Origin: Octopus vulgaris
Taxonomy: Eukaryota
NCBI GenBank assembly: GCA_951406725.2
Contig: OX597824.1
Location: forward strand, 36,394,001-36,458,000
Reading direction: 5' to 3'
Length of the DNA: 64,000 nucleotides
The notes beneath the pieces were generated by a model. The model searched no databases. It saw nothing but the letters and a program-made list of their open reading frames with translations, and was not told the origin of the DNA. A program made the translations under genes and the position numbers. How positions within the stretch are numbered: position 1 is the stretch's first letter; each line of letters begins with the position of its first letter. Below, piece by piece: positions 25,062 through 39,770 of the stretch.

Positions 25062-25968
25062 CGTACATACATACATACATACATCACTGGAACTGTAAAA
25101 ATCTGTAAAATTTTTTAGTTTATGATTGAAAAATGACCATATCTAGATATGTAAGTATATGCATGAGAAGGCATACATAAAGCAAAAAATACAAATCTGC
25201 ACGTACGCGTACATACAAACATACATACATACATACATACATACATACATACATACATACATACATACATACATACATACATACAAAAATACCCTGTTGA
25301 TGTTGAAGTTCCAATGAAGGAGCCTTGGATGTTGGGGGACAAACACATACACGCAAACATATACACACACATAGCTAAGAGATATAAAATCCGTATGCCG
25401 TCTTCAGTATAATATACCCGAAAAAATATAAATGCAAATATCTTTACATACTCAAACGAATAATACATATTCATACATACATATACATAAATCTGCACGT
25501 ATATACAAGTCAAATTTAATTCAATCACCTCAACCACATGCGTTTACGCTCAAAATAATACCCCAGTGAATATAAATTGATCGGAGTAAAACATATATAT
25601 TTATACATGATTAAGGAAGGAATCATTGTAAAGATTTTATCAAGTGGCCAGTGTATAATAAAAACCATATAGGGACAATTAATACTGATATATAATTATA
25701 CAGATACAATTATAGTAAATAGTTCTGATAAACATCAACACGCTAGAAGTAGACATCAAATAGCTCTAAACTATCTACTACCAGTCAACTTACCGCACCG
25801 AATTCCTTCTTCCTCTCACTCTCTCTCCTATTTTTTCTTCATTCTTCCCTTCTCCCTACATTTATATACCTCTTTCATACTGTACCCTCTACACATTCTA
25901 ATTGAATCCTCTTTGTGTCAAATGGTACCTCCTTGCAACAATATAACCTTTAATCTAATCAAGATATA

Positions 25969-26057
25969 CTCGGCCAGAAGAGTAGCCCGCGGTATACGCC
26001 TCACTTGGATTTTACCATTTCTGAAATTCCACTGGCTATGAAACATATGTAGCTGGG
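25969..26057 (+). ncRNA. Type-I hammerhead motif with one core mutation, in M4 copy 2 intron
   Basis: CTCGGC-CAGAAGA-GTAGCC...GGCTAT-GAAAC-ATAT-GTA-GCTGGG. Stems I and II pair over 6 bp each and stem III is the palindrome ACATATGT. Confidence 0.7.
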
Positions 26058-26082
26058 ATTTTTCCTACTCCATTCCATAACT

Positions 26083-26199
<117 letters not shown>

Positions 26200-26496
26200 T
26201 GGAGAAGAGAAGTAACGCGTGCGTTCGGTCATATAGTAATATAATAAATAAATAAAATATATGCATATATACATACATATATGTACATACTTACATCTAC
26301 ATGTATATATACATGCATATATATATATATATATATATGAGTACAGGACCCCACAAATAAACGTAGAACACAACGAGAGACGAGACTATAAAATCAAACA
26401 AGGAAACGGACTTTTTTTAAACAACGAAAAAAACAGAGTACAGGACAAACAATACAGGGAAAATTCCCCTTCATCAGCTGTCCCTGGTTCGACTCA

Positions 26497-26601
<105 letters not shown>

Positions 26602-26613
26602 TGTGTTTGTGTG

Positions 26614-26669
<56 letters not shown>

Positions 26670-26732
26670 GAGAGAGAGAGAGAGAGAGAGGGGGGCGGAG
26701 AGAGGAGAAAGAGATAGATATATACGTATATG

Positions 26733-27930
26733 TACTGGGTCGGGAAAAAGTTTGTACCAGTTTTTATGTAAAATTCATTAATAATACTTAGATAGTTGTA
26801 CACACCTTTACTCAACCACATACTTGCCAATTTGTTCCACTACTTTTCGTCATCTTTGAGGCAGCATCATGATCCCATCCTTCCAGAGCTTACCATTTTC
26901 CTGGGTCAATGACTGGTCTAAGTGGCTATTATGAATGATAATCCGAAGGTGCAAGGTCAGGTGAGTACGATGTGTAGGGCAGGACATCCAACCCAAACTG
27001 CACCAATTTCTGCCTGGTCTGCAAAGAAACGTGTGGTCTAGCGTTGTCCCTTTTGGTTGGCCAATTCTGAACGTTTTTCATCAATTGCCAACTTTAAACA
27101 GTCTAATTGGGAACAATAATAGTCTGAATTTAACGTCTGATTTTGTGGAAGTAGCTCATAATACACAGTATCCTTCCAATCCCACCAGATACAGCGCATC
27201 ACCTTCTTCGGATACAGACCAGTTTGGGAGAAATTGAAGGTGGTTCATCTCGTTTTCACCAGGACCTCTTTCGTTTTATGTTGTAAATAATCCATTTCTC
27301 ATCACACGTGACTACTCTTTTCCAAAATGTATCAATTTTGTTTCCTCAGATTAGAGAACCGTAGATGGAAATGCGCTCGATTAAATATTTTTCTGTTAAG
27401 CTTTGAGGCACCCAAACATCGTAGCAATTCATATAACCAAGTGTTTTTAAATATTTTATAACGCTCGCATGAGATACGTGGATAATCTCTGCGATGTCTC
27501 GTACTGTGTAACATAGGTTATTGTATTTTCATAAAAGTCTCAATTTGTTCATTATCAACGACTGTAGGCCTGCCAGAAAGTTCACGATTTCCAGGTCAAA
27601 ATTTTTGGTTATAAACCTAGCGAACGACTTACAGAGAGTAGTTTCAGATATAACACCATCTCCGTAAACAGCGGATATCTTCTTTGCTGTTTGTCCAGCG
27701 TTTTTGCCTCCCCGGAAACGAAAGAGCGTTAAATGAGGAATATGTATTTCATGCCCTTTCTTTTTCAATTTTATCGTAAGAACAGTAGAAGTAAATAATC
27801 CGCACAAAATTCAAATAGCAAAATGCGTTGAGATCCACTTTTCTAGAAAATATACTCGTCATTTTCTGTCACGTGATAAAACATATCACCTATTGAAGAA
27901 CGCGACGAACTTTTTTACCAACCCAATGTA
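26733..27930 (-). mobile_element. Decayed mariner element (duplicate of 3994-5194)
   Basis: Same TIRs and transposase remnant (ORF 27529-27807). Confidence 0.85.
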
Positions 27931-29142
27931 TGAATATTTGTATCCATATATTTGTATGTATATGTATATAGATCTGGGTGTGTGGGTATACTTTTCATGT
28001 GATAATGTATACACATATTTTCACTGATAGATCTAATTACAGTTTCTTTGCATCTAAGTGTACCTTTCCTTATAAAGCCTTAACATTAATGTTATTTCAA
28101 GGGAGTGGGGCCTTGAATTTCATTCCCTTCACACATTTGTTTGTCTTCTCACTGATAATGCTTTTGGGTGTATATGCATAAATGTAGATGTTTCTTCCCA
28201 AATAAATTTCACTTCATATATCAGGCTCTGATGAAGCAATGAGGTGTTTGTTTCGCAGGAACTCAACTATGAGTCTACATCATTTTACTGCAGAAACAGT
28301 TGTACAGTAATGACGTTCACAATACAATTGTTTATCACTCTGTCGTCTGATTTTTGATACTCTGACGATTAGTGGAGCCTGGGCTGATAGCTGAACATAC
28401 AAATTCGTCGCAGAAAAAGGTGTCACAGTAATTTAACTTACCTGTGGATACAGGGAAGAATGACTTTAGGAATCTAAGGGAAAGATGTCATTGTTAGGAA
28501 TAATGGGTTTAGTGACCTAAATCTTACATACCTTTGTTGAGATCAATGGCTCGGGAAGTGAATTTCTGGGGAACAGAATGTAATACTTAACTCAATTTAT
28601 GCATCAAATGCCATTTATAATTTATGCAGTGGTGTACACATGTAAATGAGTTACAATAGAATCTTTATAGAAAATATTTGTAATGTGTTTAGAATTGTTC
28701 AACTTTTCTCATGTTCTGTTGAAATATTACATAAACGATGTGCAGACCTTAGTTAACTTGTAGTTTCCAGATACTGATTGTTGTTTTACTAAAAGGACAC
28801 TCGCTTCCATTCACTTAAAACTAATCACTCCTTGTAACAAATCACCTCCCTATTTTATCAAATATTAAATTAACTGCATGAACACACTGAATTTCTCTTT
28901 GGATGAATTTATTCACACTAAAATAGGTTAAACTGATGTAATTTTTTTTATTGGACAATATATTTGAAATTGTAAGCTCATATTTGAGCTTATATTGCTA
29001 ATTTAATTCTTTTTTAAATAGATACAGACCTATGTCTGTTGTTCAGTCACTATGTTTGTATGTATTGTTAAAAAATTAGTCTTCTTTTAAAAAAATTCTG
29101 ATGTTGCTGTTATTAATGATTGTAATGTTTTCATTTTTTTAG

Positions 29143-31049
29143 GTTTGTTACTGATAAAGACATCTGATGCAGCTTATCGTGTTGATGCCCATGAAAGAGC
29201 AAGGAGGATGATTTATCATCCCTCAGCTCCGTTTCAGCGGCGTCATTTAGATAAAGCTGAAGTAACAGTCAGAGATCTTCTTGGTTTGAAGGAGTATGAA
29301 GAAGTTGAAGAGTCAAACCGTATCAAAACAGTTGAAGGCACAGAAGTTTTACGCTTACAAGAGAAGTTCTTAGGTGTTCCTGTTTTTGATGCTTCATTAA
29401 CTGTTACAGAAGATAAAGATGGACATTTGACTGGTGATGCAACAGGAACATTTATTCAAGGAATTGAAGATGATATTACAAATGTAAAACCAAAGCTTTC
29501 CAAATCAGATGTCTTTGATATTGCTTTTAAAGCAGAGGGAGATGAGATTTACGCAAATAGTATCGAACCAGAATATGAAATTATGATTTTCATGGATGAA
29601 AATGACAAACCTCGATTAACATACTATATTAATTATAGAATAGAAAATGAAATAGTTATTAAACGGCCTACATTTGTCATTGATGGTAACACTGGAGAAA
29701 TACTGTTGAAATATAACAATTTAGATACAATTTCCAGAGTATTGACTGGTTCCGGCGGTAATGAAAAATCAGGAATATACAAATTTAGTGACAAAAATTA
29801 CAAAGCTTTTGTAACTCAAATTGGTGAAATGTGCTTCCTGGAAAATAACTATGTGAAGGTTATAGACATGAAAAACAGTTTTAATGAAGTCTCTAATAAT
29901 ACAGATCCTATGTATTATCTTTGTGACGTTGGTTTTAATGATAGTGTCAATGCAGCGATATCTCCAGCACTTGATGCTTTCTATTACGGCAGTGTAGTAT
30001 CTCAAATGTTTCAGGAATGGTATAACACTTCAATACTAAACGAACAAGCTATATTGCGTGTTCACTTTGGAGTATATTTTGATAACGCATATTGGGATGG
30101 GAAATATTGCACATTTGGTGATGGCTATAAAAACTTTTATCCTTTTACAGTTGCTGATATTATCGGGCATGAACTTGCCCATGGCTTCACACAACAACAC
30201 TCTAGATTGCTTTACTTTGATCAGTCTGGATCTATGAATGAGGCTTTTTCTGATATGACTGGAGAGGTCACTGAAGCTTATGCAAGTGGGAATGACTGGT
30301 TTATTGGCTTCAACCTCATGAAAAATGAGGAAGCATTGAGATTTATGGCAGACCCATCCTTGGACAATATATCTATAAGTCATGTAGATAACTACACTGA
30401 AAACACGGATCCTCATCATGGAAGTGGGATTTATAATTTTATTTTTTACTACATTGTACACGAATTAAAAATGGATATCAAGGAAGCTTATCGAGTTTTC
30501 CTTATTGCCAATGAAATATATTGGCATCCTCTCTCAAATTTCACTTCCGGAGCTTGTGATACGTTGAAAGTTGCCTATGATCTTGGGAAAGATCTAACCC
30601 CCTTTATTAAAGCCTATGAACTTGTGGGAATTAAACCATGTGATGTAGAGAAATATATTCGAGGATTGCCATTTAACAAAACAGTCTCAGGTATTACAGT
30701 GTCAGTTAAAACAAACCCAGTCTTTTATTTTGTTTATCCAAGCTGGGCTGGGAATATTACAATTACTGCCACTAGTATGTGTGGCAAAGTTCATATTAAG
30801 GTATCAACGAATAATATGCTAGCAGAGGGAGATGGTTCAGATTCAGTTACATTATTAGCTGAAGGCACATCAGAACTGAATTTGGGGAAGCCTGAAGGAC
30901 ATAATTTCTTTGTCAAATTATCTTCAGAATCTACTGAAAATTTACAGGATGTTAGTATACGTGTTAATTATCGCTGTGATCCAGATTTTGATGGAGAGAC
31001 ATTTCTAGATGATTTCTTTCACGAGTTGATTTGTGATAAAAAAATGTAA
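29143..31049 (+). CDS. M4 (pseudolysin/vibriolysin-like) zinc metalloprotease copy 2, exon 2; full protein 651 aa
   Basis: Polypyrimidine-AG acceptor at 29142 and FTP/PepSY-like propeptide. Mature domain GSGGNEKSG, VHFG..FDNAYWDG...FGDG...FYP, HELAH (30168-30182), QSGSMNEAFSD, ALRFM, DPHHGSGIYN, SGAC..VGIKPC. PPC-like C-terminal domain; TAA at 31047-31049. Confidence 0.95.
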
Positions 31050-32171
31050 TCAGATTTTTAACTAATGATTTCAGGAATAATTAATATGTCCAATAATTTA
31101 CAATTTAATCAATGGAGATTTCTTAATTGCTTGCTTTTGCAGATGACAGCAATTTTCCCTTTTTTAATATTTAATTGAAAATACAAATGGAAAATGAAAA
31201 CAAACATAATTTGAATCTTAATTGTTACATTAAAGAATACCATCTTTCAAATTTCAGAATTATCCTCTTTTATTTTACTGATGTACTACATTTGTAATGT
31301 TTGCAGACTTATACAAATCTCTCTCTCTCTCTCTCTCTCTTTCTTAGTCTCAGTCTCACTCTCCTAATGTATGTGTGTGTGCGTGTGTGTACATACAGAC
31401 ATATATATATATATGTATACATACATGCATATATCCAAATTGAGACAGTGAAACAGGTAAAACGCATGCTGCATGTTTCTTATCTAGTTGAGCCCCTTAA
31501 TGTAATAGTTTTGCAACGAGTAATACTGAATGTAATTAATCATCTGGCTGAGATGATCTTAATGAAATGAATGTTACACTGCCGCTCAGAGTTCCCATGC
31601 CAACTCCACCACAGTAGTGAGTGGAGATGGAAAGTGAAGCCAGTAGTACAAAATAAAATTAAAATTAAAAATCAAAAATGTGAAGATGTATGCCAAGAAA
31701 ACCGATAAGCGATAAGCATAGAATTAGACCCAATATGAATATACAAGAGTGTGTCTTTAGATTTGAAGAGTATGAAGAAGAAAAAAAGAGAGAAGGGAAG
31801 AAAGACAGATAGAGAAAAGAGCGAAAATAATTGTCACCATTAAAGGAAAAAAAGAAGATAGGTGACGAGAAATTTTGCTGACTGTTAGAATCTTGTCGTC
31901 CAATTTAGTAAGGATAAAATGGTGATGTTCTCTCTGCAGATATACAAGGTGTTAGTACAACTGGCTTACCCACCTACAACACAGTACATACAACTACGCC
32001 CCAACGGAAATACAACGTAGATACAATCACACACACACACCAACTGCGTGCGCACACAGAACACTTAAACACTCATAAACACATAAACACTCGTAAATAC
32101 CTACAGAGACGCCCGTGTGCCTAAAGGCGTGCTGTTATACATAGGTGTGTGTATGTATGTAAGTATATATG

Positions 32172-32560
<389 letters not shown>

Positions 32561-32569
32561 ACATAGATT

Positions 32570-33265
32570 TATAATAGAAATATGTTACAAAAAGAAAATA
32601 GAAACTACACGTCGAAATGTAAGGGAAAGTAAGAAGAAAAATAAGCGAAAATGCACATTGGAAATCAAAAAAGTAAACGCTTTTTATGAAAAGTAACGAT
32701 AGATATAAGTCATTATTGTGAATTGTTAAAGAGATTTCAAAGCATACCGGTTTCGTGAATTTACTAATCATTCCTTTGAATGCGTACCGATTAATGAACG
32801 GTGTCAGGTCTACTAGTCCCTGAGTAAAACGATTGTGTGTAAGGGAGGTAAGTAGTTCTGGATTTGGTGCAAGTAGGGAAGATATAAATCAGTAATCTGA
32901 ATGGTGTATGGGATGTATGGGGGTTAGTGGTATTAATTGAAAGGTTAGTAGCGTTCTGTATTATGCTACGTGTTCATATTGAGTTGTGGAAGATATCTAT
33001 TGATGAAAGTTGCCTCTTTATTCATTCTTTGTTGTACTGAAGTGTTCTGTGAACATTGATAGGAGGGGAAAATTAGGAAATTAGGATTAAGATTTCTAGC
33101 ACACCTTTCTATGTGTTCACTAACCTGTATCTGTCTGTATTGTGGGTGTCGGATTTGTTCTTTGTGGAGAGTGGGTCTTCGACGCAGTGATATTCCTGTT
33201 TGGCTAATGTAATTGTTACCATACCCTAAACATGTAATAGATAAGATTTTCCGTCGCTCTGGTGA
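32570..33265 (-). mobile_element. Penelope-like fragment (GIY-YIG C-terminus plus degenerate hammerhead at about 32742-32783)
   Basis: ORF 32966-33292: ITCLGYGNNYISQTGISLRRR.TLHKEQIR..VSEHIERC..RMNKEATFINRYLPQLN. Downstream on the minus strand: GCAT..TGA..TCAC-GAAACCGGT-ATGC. Confidence 0.8.
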
Positions 33266-33538
33266 AATTTGATTTGATCTTAAATATTTCACCTTGTTTA
33301 AAGTAGAATTCTGATATATATATATATATATATATAAAAAAGCAACAGGATATCAAGTACGACTGTTTCAAGCGACTCCATTCAATTCAACAATGCAATC
33401 ATTACATCAATATACATGCAGTGCCATTTTCAGCTGCACAAATAAATAAAATAAATGTATATATCGTTTTTTTAGGAAACATAAATCCGGAGAAAAAGCA
33501 CTCTCTAAGAAGTAGAGCAGTCTATGTTTATTACTGAA

Positions 33539-33586
33539 GGCCGGTTTCTCGCCATAAAGGGTACCTTTATGGCGTATCTTCAGACC
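33539..33586 (-). ncRNA. Degenerate hammerhead-like motif with perfect 11-bp hairpin
   Basis: Minus strand: CTGAAGA-ta-CGCCATAAAGG tac CCTTTATGGCG-a-GAAACCGGCC. The cleavage triplet and stem I are not intact. Confidence 0.4.
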
Positions 33587-34150
33587 ATAAGACCTGTTGG
33601 CTTATAGCCTCTTTATAATATGGAGGGGGAAACGATATAGATATAAACAATGGGGATTATCATCTTTTGGTGTTGGTCATCGGTTTCCGACTGTGTCGTC
33701 CTCCTTCAGCTATGCCACCTGTCGGATATGAGGGTAAAACATAGGGTGTTATCTCCCACTCTCATCAGCAATCAATTTCCTGGTGTGGTGTAATTATCGC
33801 TAATACCGTTATTATCGCCATTATGCTGTTGCCACTACGCTAACAGGAATCTCCTGAAATGCAAGCACGGCCCGAAAATCTCCAATCTGGAGTTCAGTAT
33901 GGTCCCTAGTACGTGCAAGTTTTCCAGGATTTTCATGCGTTAGGCTACGCATAGCTTGCATCATTTCGTTTCATTTATGTACAGACTCGGACGGTGGAGG
34001 ATTTTCCATGATATCGAGTATGGAATTCCATCTTCCTTCAGTTTCCAGTTATGGCTAGCCAGCGATGTTACGTATCTCCTATTCGGGACCCTGAAGGACA
34101 GGATCTATGTTTGGAAAGGCGTTTCTTAAAGGAAGTTCCCGCGAATATAC

Positions 34151-34211
<61 letters not shown>

Positions 34212-34314
34212 ATGTTTCACTACTTGGTATCTCGTTGAGAGAGCACATCAGTAGCGAGATCATGAGAAAGAAGTCCGGCGTGAGGGATGTCATCGCAGAG
34301 TATACACGCAGCAA

Positions 34315-34934
34315 GATCAGCTACTCATCAATAAGATGATCTTGGAAGATTGTCTCAAACGACACAAAAACAGGGTAGACTATAAAAAAGCTTTTGATAG
34401 TCTACCACATAGCTGGATTAAGAAACGTTTGGAAATGTATTAAATAGCACCTTCTCTGCGAAACTTCTTGTCTGGGAGTATGAGATCATGGAGAACCACA
34501 CTGACTTTGAACAGTGACAATGAATCTATCAATGCTGGAGATGTATGAATTTCATGTGTCATTTTCCAGAGTGACTCTCTATCACCACTCCTCTTTTTTC
34601 TAGCCTTAATACCTCTCTCGAAATTGCTCAATATAGCTATAAAATGTTTGATAAAAATATAAATCATCACTTTTATATGGATGACTTAAAGCTCTTTGCA
34701 AAAAATGACCAACAACTACAGGGCTTACTAACAATTGTTAAACAATTCATTGATGACATCTGGATGCAATTTGGCCTCAATAAATGTGCAAAAGCTACCT
34801 TTATCAAAGGAAAAATGACAGAAACATCCAACGTTAATCTTGACCAGCAGAATGTCATGAAGGTGTTAGAACCAGCAGAGCGCTACAAATACCTAGGGGT
34901 ATTTGAAGATGATGGAATCAAACATTTATGGTAA
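34315..34934 (+). mobile_element. R4/Dong-like (RLE-clade) non-LTR retrotransposon RT fragment
   Basis: VDYKKAFDSLPHSWI, IFQSDSLSPLLF, INHHFYMDDLKLFAK, FGLNKCAK and YKYLG motifs, with stops. Confidence 0.8.
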
Positions 34935-35049
34935 GATATGACCAAAGAATAAAGGGTTACCAGCAGAATAGGTTATTCAGAGTAGATCAGAAGAGATTCT
35001 ATAAAGAAATAAATGGAGAGTGCACAGATGAAAAGTTGCAGGGAGCTAT

Positions 35050-38000
35050 GATCGCTTGATGGCACTCGAGGTGTCAAGTACCCTTCCTTGATCTACGCTT
35101 AATCTAGGATTGCTGTTCAGTCAAAGAAACGAGCTGAGGTAGAGCGAGTCTAACAAAGGGTGACCACACCAACTCACCGTCAGGGAAACACTGGAGATAT
35201 CGCTGCCTGAGCGCATGTCTGCGTATCAACAACCACAGCATGTCTAGGCCCCAGTTCAGCGGCTGTTGACGGCAGATGGAGAACGTTACCAGCGGAAATC
35301 AATCCCTCCACAAAAAGCGGACATAAAGGACAAGGGACGACGGTCAAGCGGTAATAGATGACGGATTCGATGTACGCATTCGTCAGCTTGGCTCGACCTT
35401 TCAGGGACAGCTTCCTATCGGCCCATTTCTGGGTGAGATTCGCCACCCTGTTTGTTACATCATCCCAGTTTTTCTCAACCTAGATTTCTGGACCAAACCA
35501 AATTCCGAGCAATATAACTAGACCGTCTGTCCAGCGCTCTACAACGTTGTTGGACGGCATGGACTTACCTCTCCAGGTGCCGAGTTTCAAGTCCACTGAT
35601 TTTTCTGCGTTAAATTTTGCTCTTGTCACCGCTTTATATTCTTTTAGTGTGTCGCTAATCAGGTTTATGTGCCTGTGACTCGATAGTGACATTATCGGCA
35701 TAAGCAGACACGCTTCTCCCACTTTCTAAATCATGCGGGACGCCCTCAATGTCTCCAGCTTCCGCAGAAGTGACTCAAGAGTCAGTACATACAGAATGGA
35801 GGAGAGACGGGCCGAGTGCAAGATGCTCAGTGGTTCTGACAGGTGACCACTCACTCGAACTACTGAGCAGATACCGCTGTACAAAGCAGCGATCCAACTG
35901 CGGAAAACTGGACTGAAACCGGCTGCCGCGAGAACAGCTGCCAAGTATTGATGGTCGATCCTATCGAAGGCTTTAGATTGATCTAAATTGATCAGAGCCC
36001 CTCCCATACCAGTTTTGTTACTCATCCTCTCTATGATGTGGCGTATGAGGTGGAAGGTCGTCTTGAATAGTCCTAGTTAGAATGGCGCATTTTGTCGAAT
36101 CGCCAATCAGCTTGTCCACGACAAGTGCCAACCTCTTGGCTAACACCTTGGCCAAAATCTTCAACTCTGCATCAAGCGGAGTGATGGACCTGAACTTCTC
36201 TATCATGCCCCCCTATCATGCCACTCGACAAACAAAAATGGAAATTCTCCTATTCTGTTGCCAGTTGCAGTAGACGTCTGCTAAGAAGCCCGCAAACAAG
36301 TCTGACATAGAAATATAAAGTTCGTAGGGCAGACCATCCAAACCCGGCGATCTGCTTTTTACGCGGACCTTCATCGCTTCCTATATTTTCGCAGCTGTTA
36401 TCGGATTTTCGCAGCACTCCGCCTCGCTCTTCGAGAGTCGCGGCAGGCTGTCCAGGCTGTCCCACCACTCGCCCCGAACAGTCGAGCAAAATGCAGCTGA
36501 AAGGCCGCACAGATCTGCTTCGGTTCAGACATCTCGCACCCGTTCTAGTCCACCAAAGATCGAATGGTGACTTTGTTGCCACGTTTTGCCTCCGCCACTC
36601 GGGCCCGTCGAGCGGCTTTCATTCCGTCCCCGCTTAACTCTAACAACACAGCCTTCGTGTTTGATGTCGAAAAATTGGTTGAGGGCCAACCTCGCTGCCA
36701 ACATGTCGGTTGCGATGCCTTTCCTAAGTGACTCATCTAACTTTCTAACTAAATCTCCCTCTATTCTATTTCTACCGCTAAAGCTTCACTAATCTTAATG
36801 GATTCTACTCTAATTGCTCTTTTAAGAGAAAACCACCAGTTGTTGTTGATGATTGATCCGTCAACGCTAATCCGGTCTCTGTAAGCTTGGCACGCCGCTA
36901 AAGACGTGTTCAGCTTCCAGTAACTGGGGTCCTGTCTACGAAGCCTATCTAGGCTGACCGTACAGATCACGAATTTGTGATCTGCGTAACCGATCATGTG
37001 AAAATGTGGACAACCTATACTATCCTTATCCTTTGGCCTACAGAAAACTCTATCTAAATACGATCTAGATGATCCGATGCGATTTGTCTAGGTCCACATT
37101 GGCACATTCAGGTAGCCTAGTCGGTAGCTATCAGACAGCTGAAAACGTCTGAGCAGGTTTTTGAGGCTTGTGCACCCGCTTCTCTTATCAGATAAATACA
37201 CGCAATCCAAACGTCCACCTAAGACAGTGTTCCAATCCCCTACTAACACTAAAGTTCGAGACGTTCCCAGGAAAACCTCCAGACACTTGAAGTAATCCGG
37301 TCGCCCTGCTCCTGTCGGAGCATAGGCAACCACTAGTCTGAAAGCACTGAGACACGGAGATAGGTAGATCTCGTATCCAGCTAAGAGGGACATGAAGGCA
37401 AGCGGGCGGAAAGTCTGGTTTCACTAATGGCTGCTACGTCTACACTAAGAGACCTCAGGTCGTTTAAAAGGTGACCTTGTTTCCCAGGCATATATGCAAC
37501 CAATTTTGAGCACGACCATGCTGAAAAATATTAATGGAGGAGAGCGCTACTTACTGCTGTTGTTTGGTGAAGTGACCGACCCCCTTGTTCCTTGGTGTGG
37601 GTGTTTCCACGAGAAGGATTTTGTAGAGTCTTTTCGAAAAAGTTTTTGGAAACGACCTAACAGCCTCAGGAAAATTTGTTTTTAATGTTGCATGTGTGCT
37701 GTGTAGTTTTTAGAATTTGTATGTGTTGTAGTGGTGCATTGTGTTGGGAAGACAAAATCTTCCATTGTGGTGTCTGTGTTGTTCTTTAAGTGTGTAACAA
37801 TATATATTGTCTGTGTTTAAGGCAGTGAGGCTGGTAGTGCTTGTGGAGTCTGTGTGGAGTAATTTGTGTTTTTGTATGTTTGAGGTGGTAGTGCTGGTGA
37901 AAGTGGTGTTATTGTTAGTTGTGTGTGTGTGTGTTGCTGCTGTTGGGAAGTCCAGCTTGTTTGCGCCTCCCCTTTTTTCTAATAGTTCTTCAGTTCTATT

Positions 38001-38870
38001 TTTCTTTTTGGTGGGGCACTGTGTGCCACTTCCCCTTCTCGACCTCAGCACTAGAGCAGTCCGAGTTGTTTGGGTCGGGAGGGAGAATGTTTTGTGGGTC
38101 ATCAACTTGTGCGTGTGTGTAGGGGGAGGGGGTCATTTGTTGCTGGTGGTTCCTCTGGTTTTTGGTATTGAAAACTCAGTGACGGCTGGAGGCAATATCG
38201 CTATTGCTGCTGCTGCTGGTGGTGATGGTGCCAGAACTGCCCTTGGTGCATCGACCGCTGGTCTCTGCTGCTGCTGCACCTACTGTTGCTGTTGTTGCGC
38301 TGGAGGTGACACTGACACTTGTGTTGGTAGTAGTGCTGGCCGTTCCTCCCCTATCTTTCTGGGGAAGAGACCTTGAGGTGGTTCTTATCACCACAGAGGT
38401 AACACCTCGGCCTCCTGCCCTCTACGGTCATGTATAGTCTTGTGTCACCTCGCCGGACTGAACGAGTCGGGGATAAGCTCTATGCTCTCTTGTTCCACTT
38501 GGATTAAGAGCTCCACCCCCTGACCCGACCAATTTTGTTAGTGCAACTTGTGTACCTCCAGTATTGTGGCGGTGTCCTCTATGTCTAGGAGGACTATCGT
38601 CACCAGCCAGCATATATTCATTTCCCCAATTGTTATTTTTGTTACGCGCCGACCAAAGTACGTCGGCACAAGTATATCTTCACCTTTTAGTGGCACTGTG
38701 GAACGGCGTCTTGCTTCTTGCTTCGTTGCGAAACACACATCCGCAATGCCGAAACGTTTTCCTGTTACATAGGTCTTTACGTTCCGTACTGGCTTGAGTA
38801 TGAGTTCAAGTTGTTCTTGTGTTGCTTGTTCTGTTCTTTTTTTGTTTTGTTTTGAGTTTGCGCATATGTC
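35050..38870 (-). mobile_element. Decayed L1/Tx1-clade LINE (ORF1, endonuclease, RT)
   Basis: Fragments YAPTG..VLVGDWN, DHKFV..YWKLNTSL, FRSITPLDAELKILAKVLAKRL, LDQSKAFDRIDHQYL, LLGIWFG and WADRKLSLKGRAKL occur in collinear order. Confidence 0.9.
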
Positions 38871-39384
38871 TTCGTAGTTTTTATGAACCCTCTACATCTT
38901 CCATATACGACAACTACCATCTCAGATGACCTTCCTACTAATCCGCTGCTCCTCTTGTGTGTCCATAGCTTACACTAGATACACCAGCGTTTATGGACAA
39001 TCTCCATTCTGTCAACACCTCAAATTCAAAAGTTCTTCCCTGAAGATGGAGGCTGGTGTTATCTGATGATGTAATAAATTTGTAATCATTATTTTGGACC
39101 ACCAAGTCCCTAGAAACAGCTGTTGGATTCGTAAAACATTTATTCAACCTCTTTGATTCTTGATAACATTTCTGTTCTGTGCAAATCGGGCCTTTTTATG
39201 TACATTTTTTGTATTACATGTATGTAATTTTCTTTTATATATCGATTTGCCTAACTTGCTTATCCTTACATTTACTCTTCTACCTACTCAGGTTTAAATC
39301 TCTTGAGCACTTCGAAGTGTATTCTACACAGAGAATATCAGTCCCTATTCTATAAACTATATTTATGTATGTATATATATATAT

Positions 39385-39704
39385 AATATGAATTGGACAT
39401 GGGTGACCGTTGTATTCTTTCTTGTCTTGAGGTTCACAGTCAAACAGCTGGGTGGACTCGTGTGAAAAATGGCACATATGTGGAGACGGGTGCATAGATT
39501 GGAATGCAGTTTGTATTTTTTCTTAGCCCCCATAGTTACCGAGAAAATCGATTAAAACTTTTCCAATGGAATTCCCCCGCCAACATACATAACCTCTCTC
39601 TCCTTTTCTCTGTCACTCACACATTTACTCACTACAATAAGTGAATAACAAAATTTCAGTTAACTCTCTCGGCCATATCGCATACTCCATCAAGTATACA
39701 CACA

Positions 39705-39770
<66 letters not shown>

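Noticed and set aside
29769-30461. Antisense ORFs within the M4 exon
   Set aside because: Shadow frames of the coding strand, with no equivalent listed in copy 1.
29143-31049. M4 protease as bacterial contamination
   Set aside because: It has a spliceosomal intron containing host transposons, host-like AT-rich codons, a TATA box, no operon context, and continuous animal flanking DNA.
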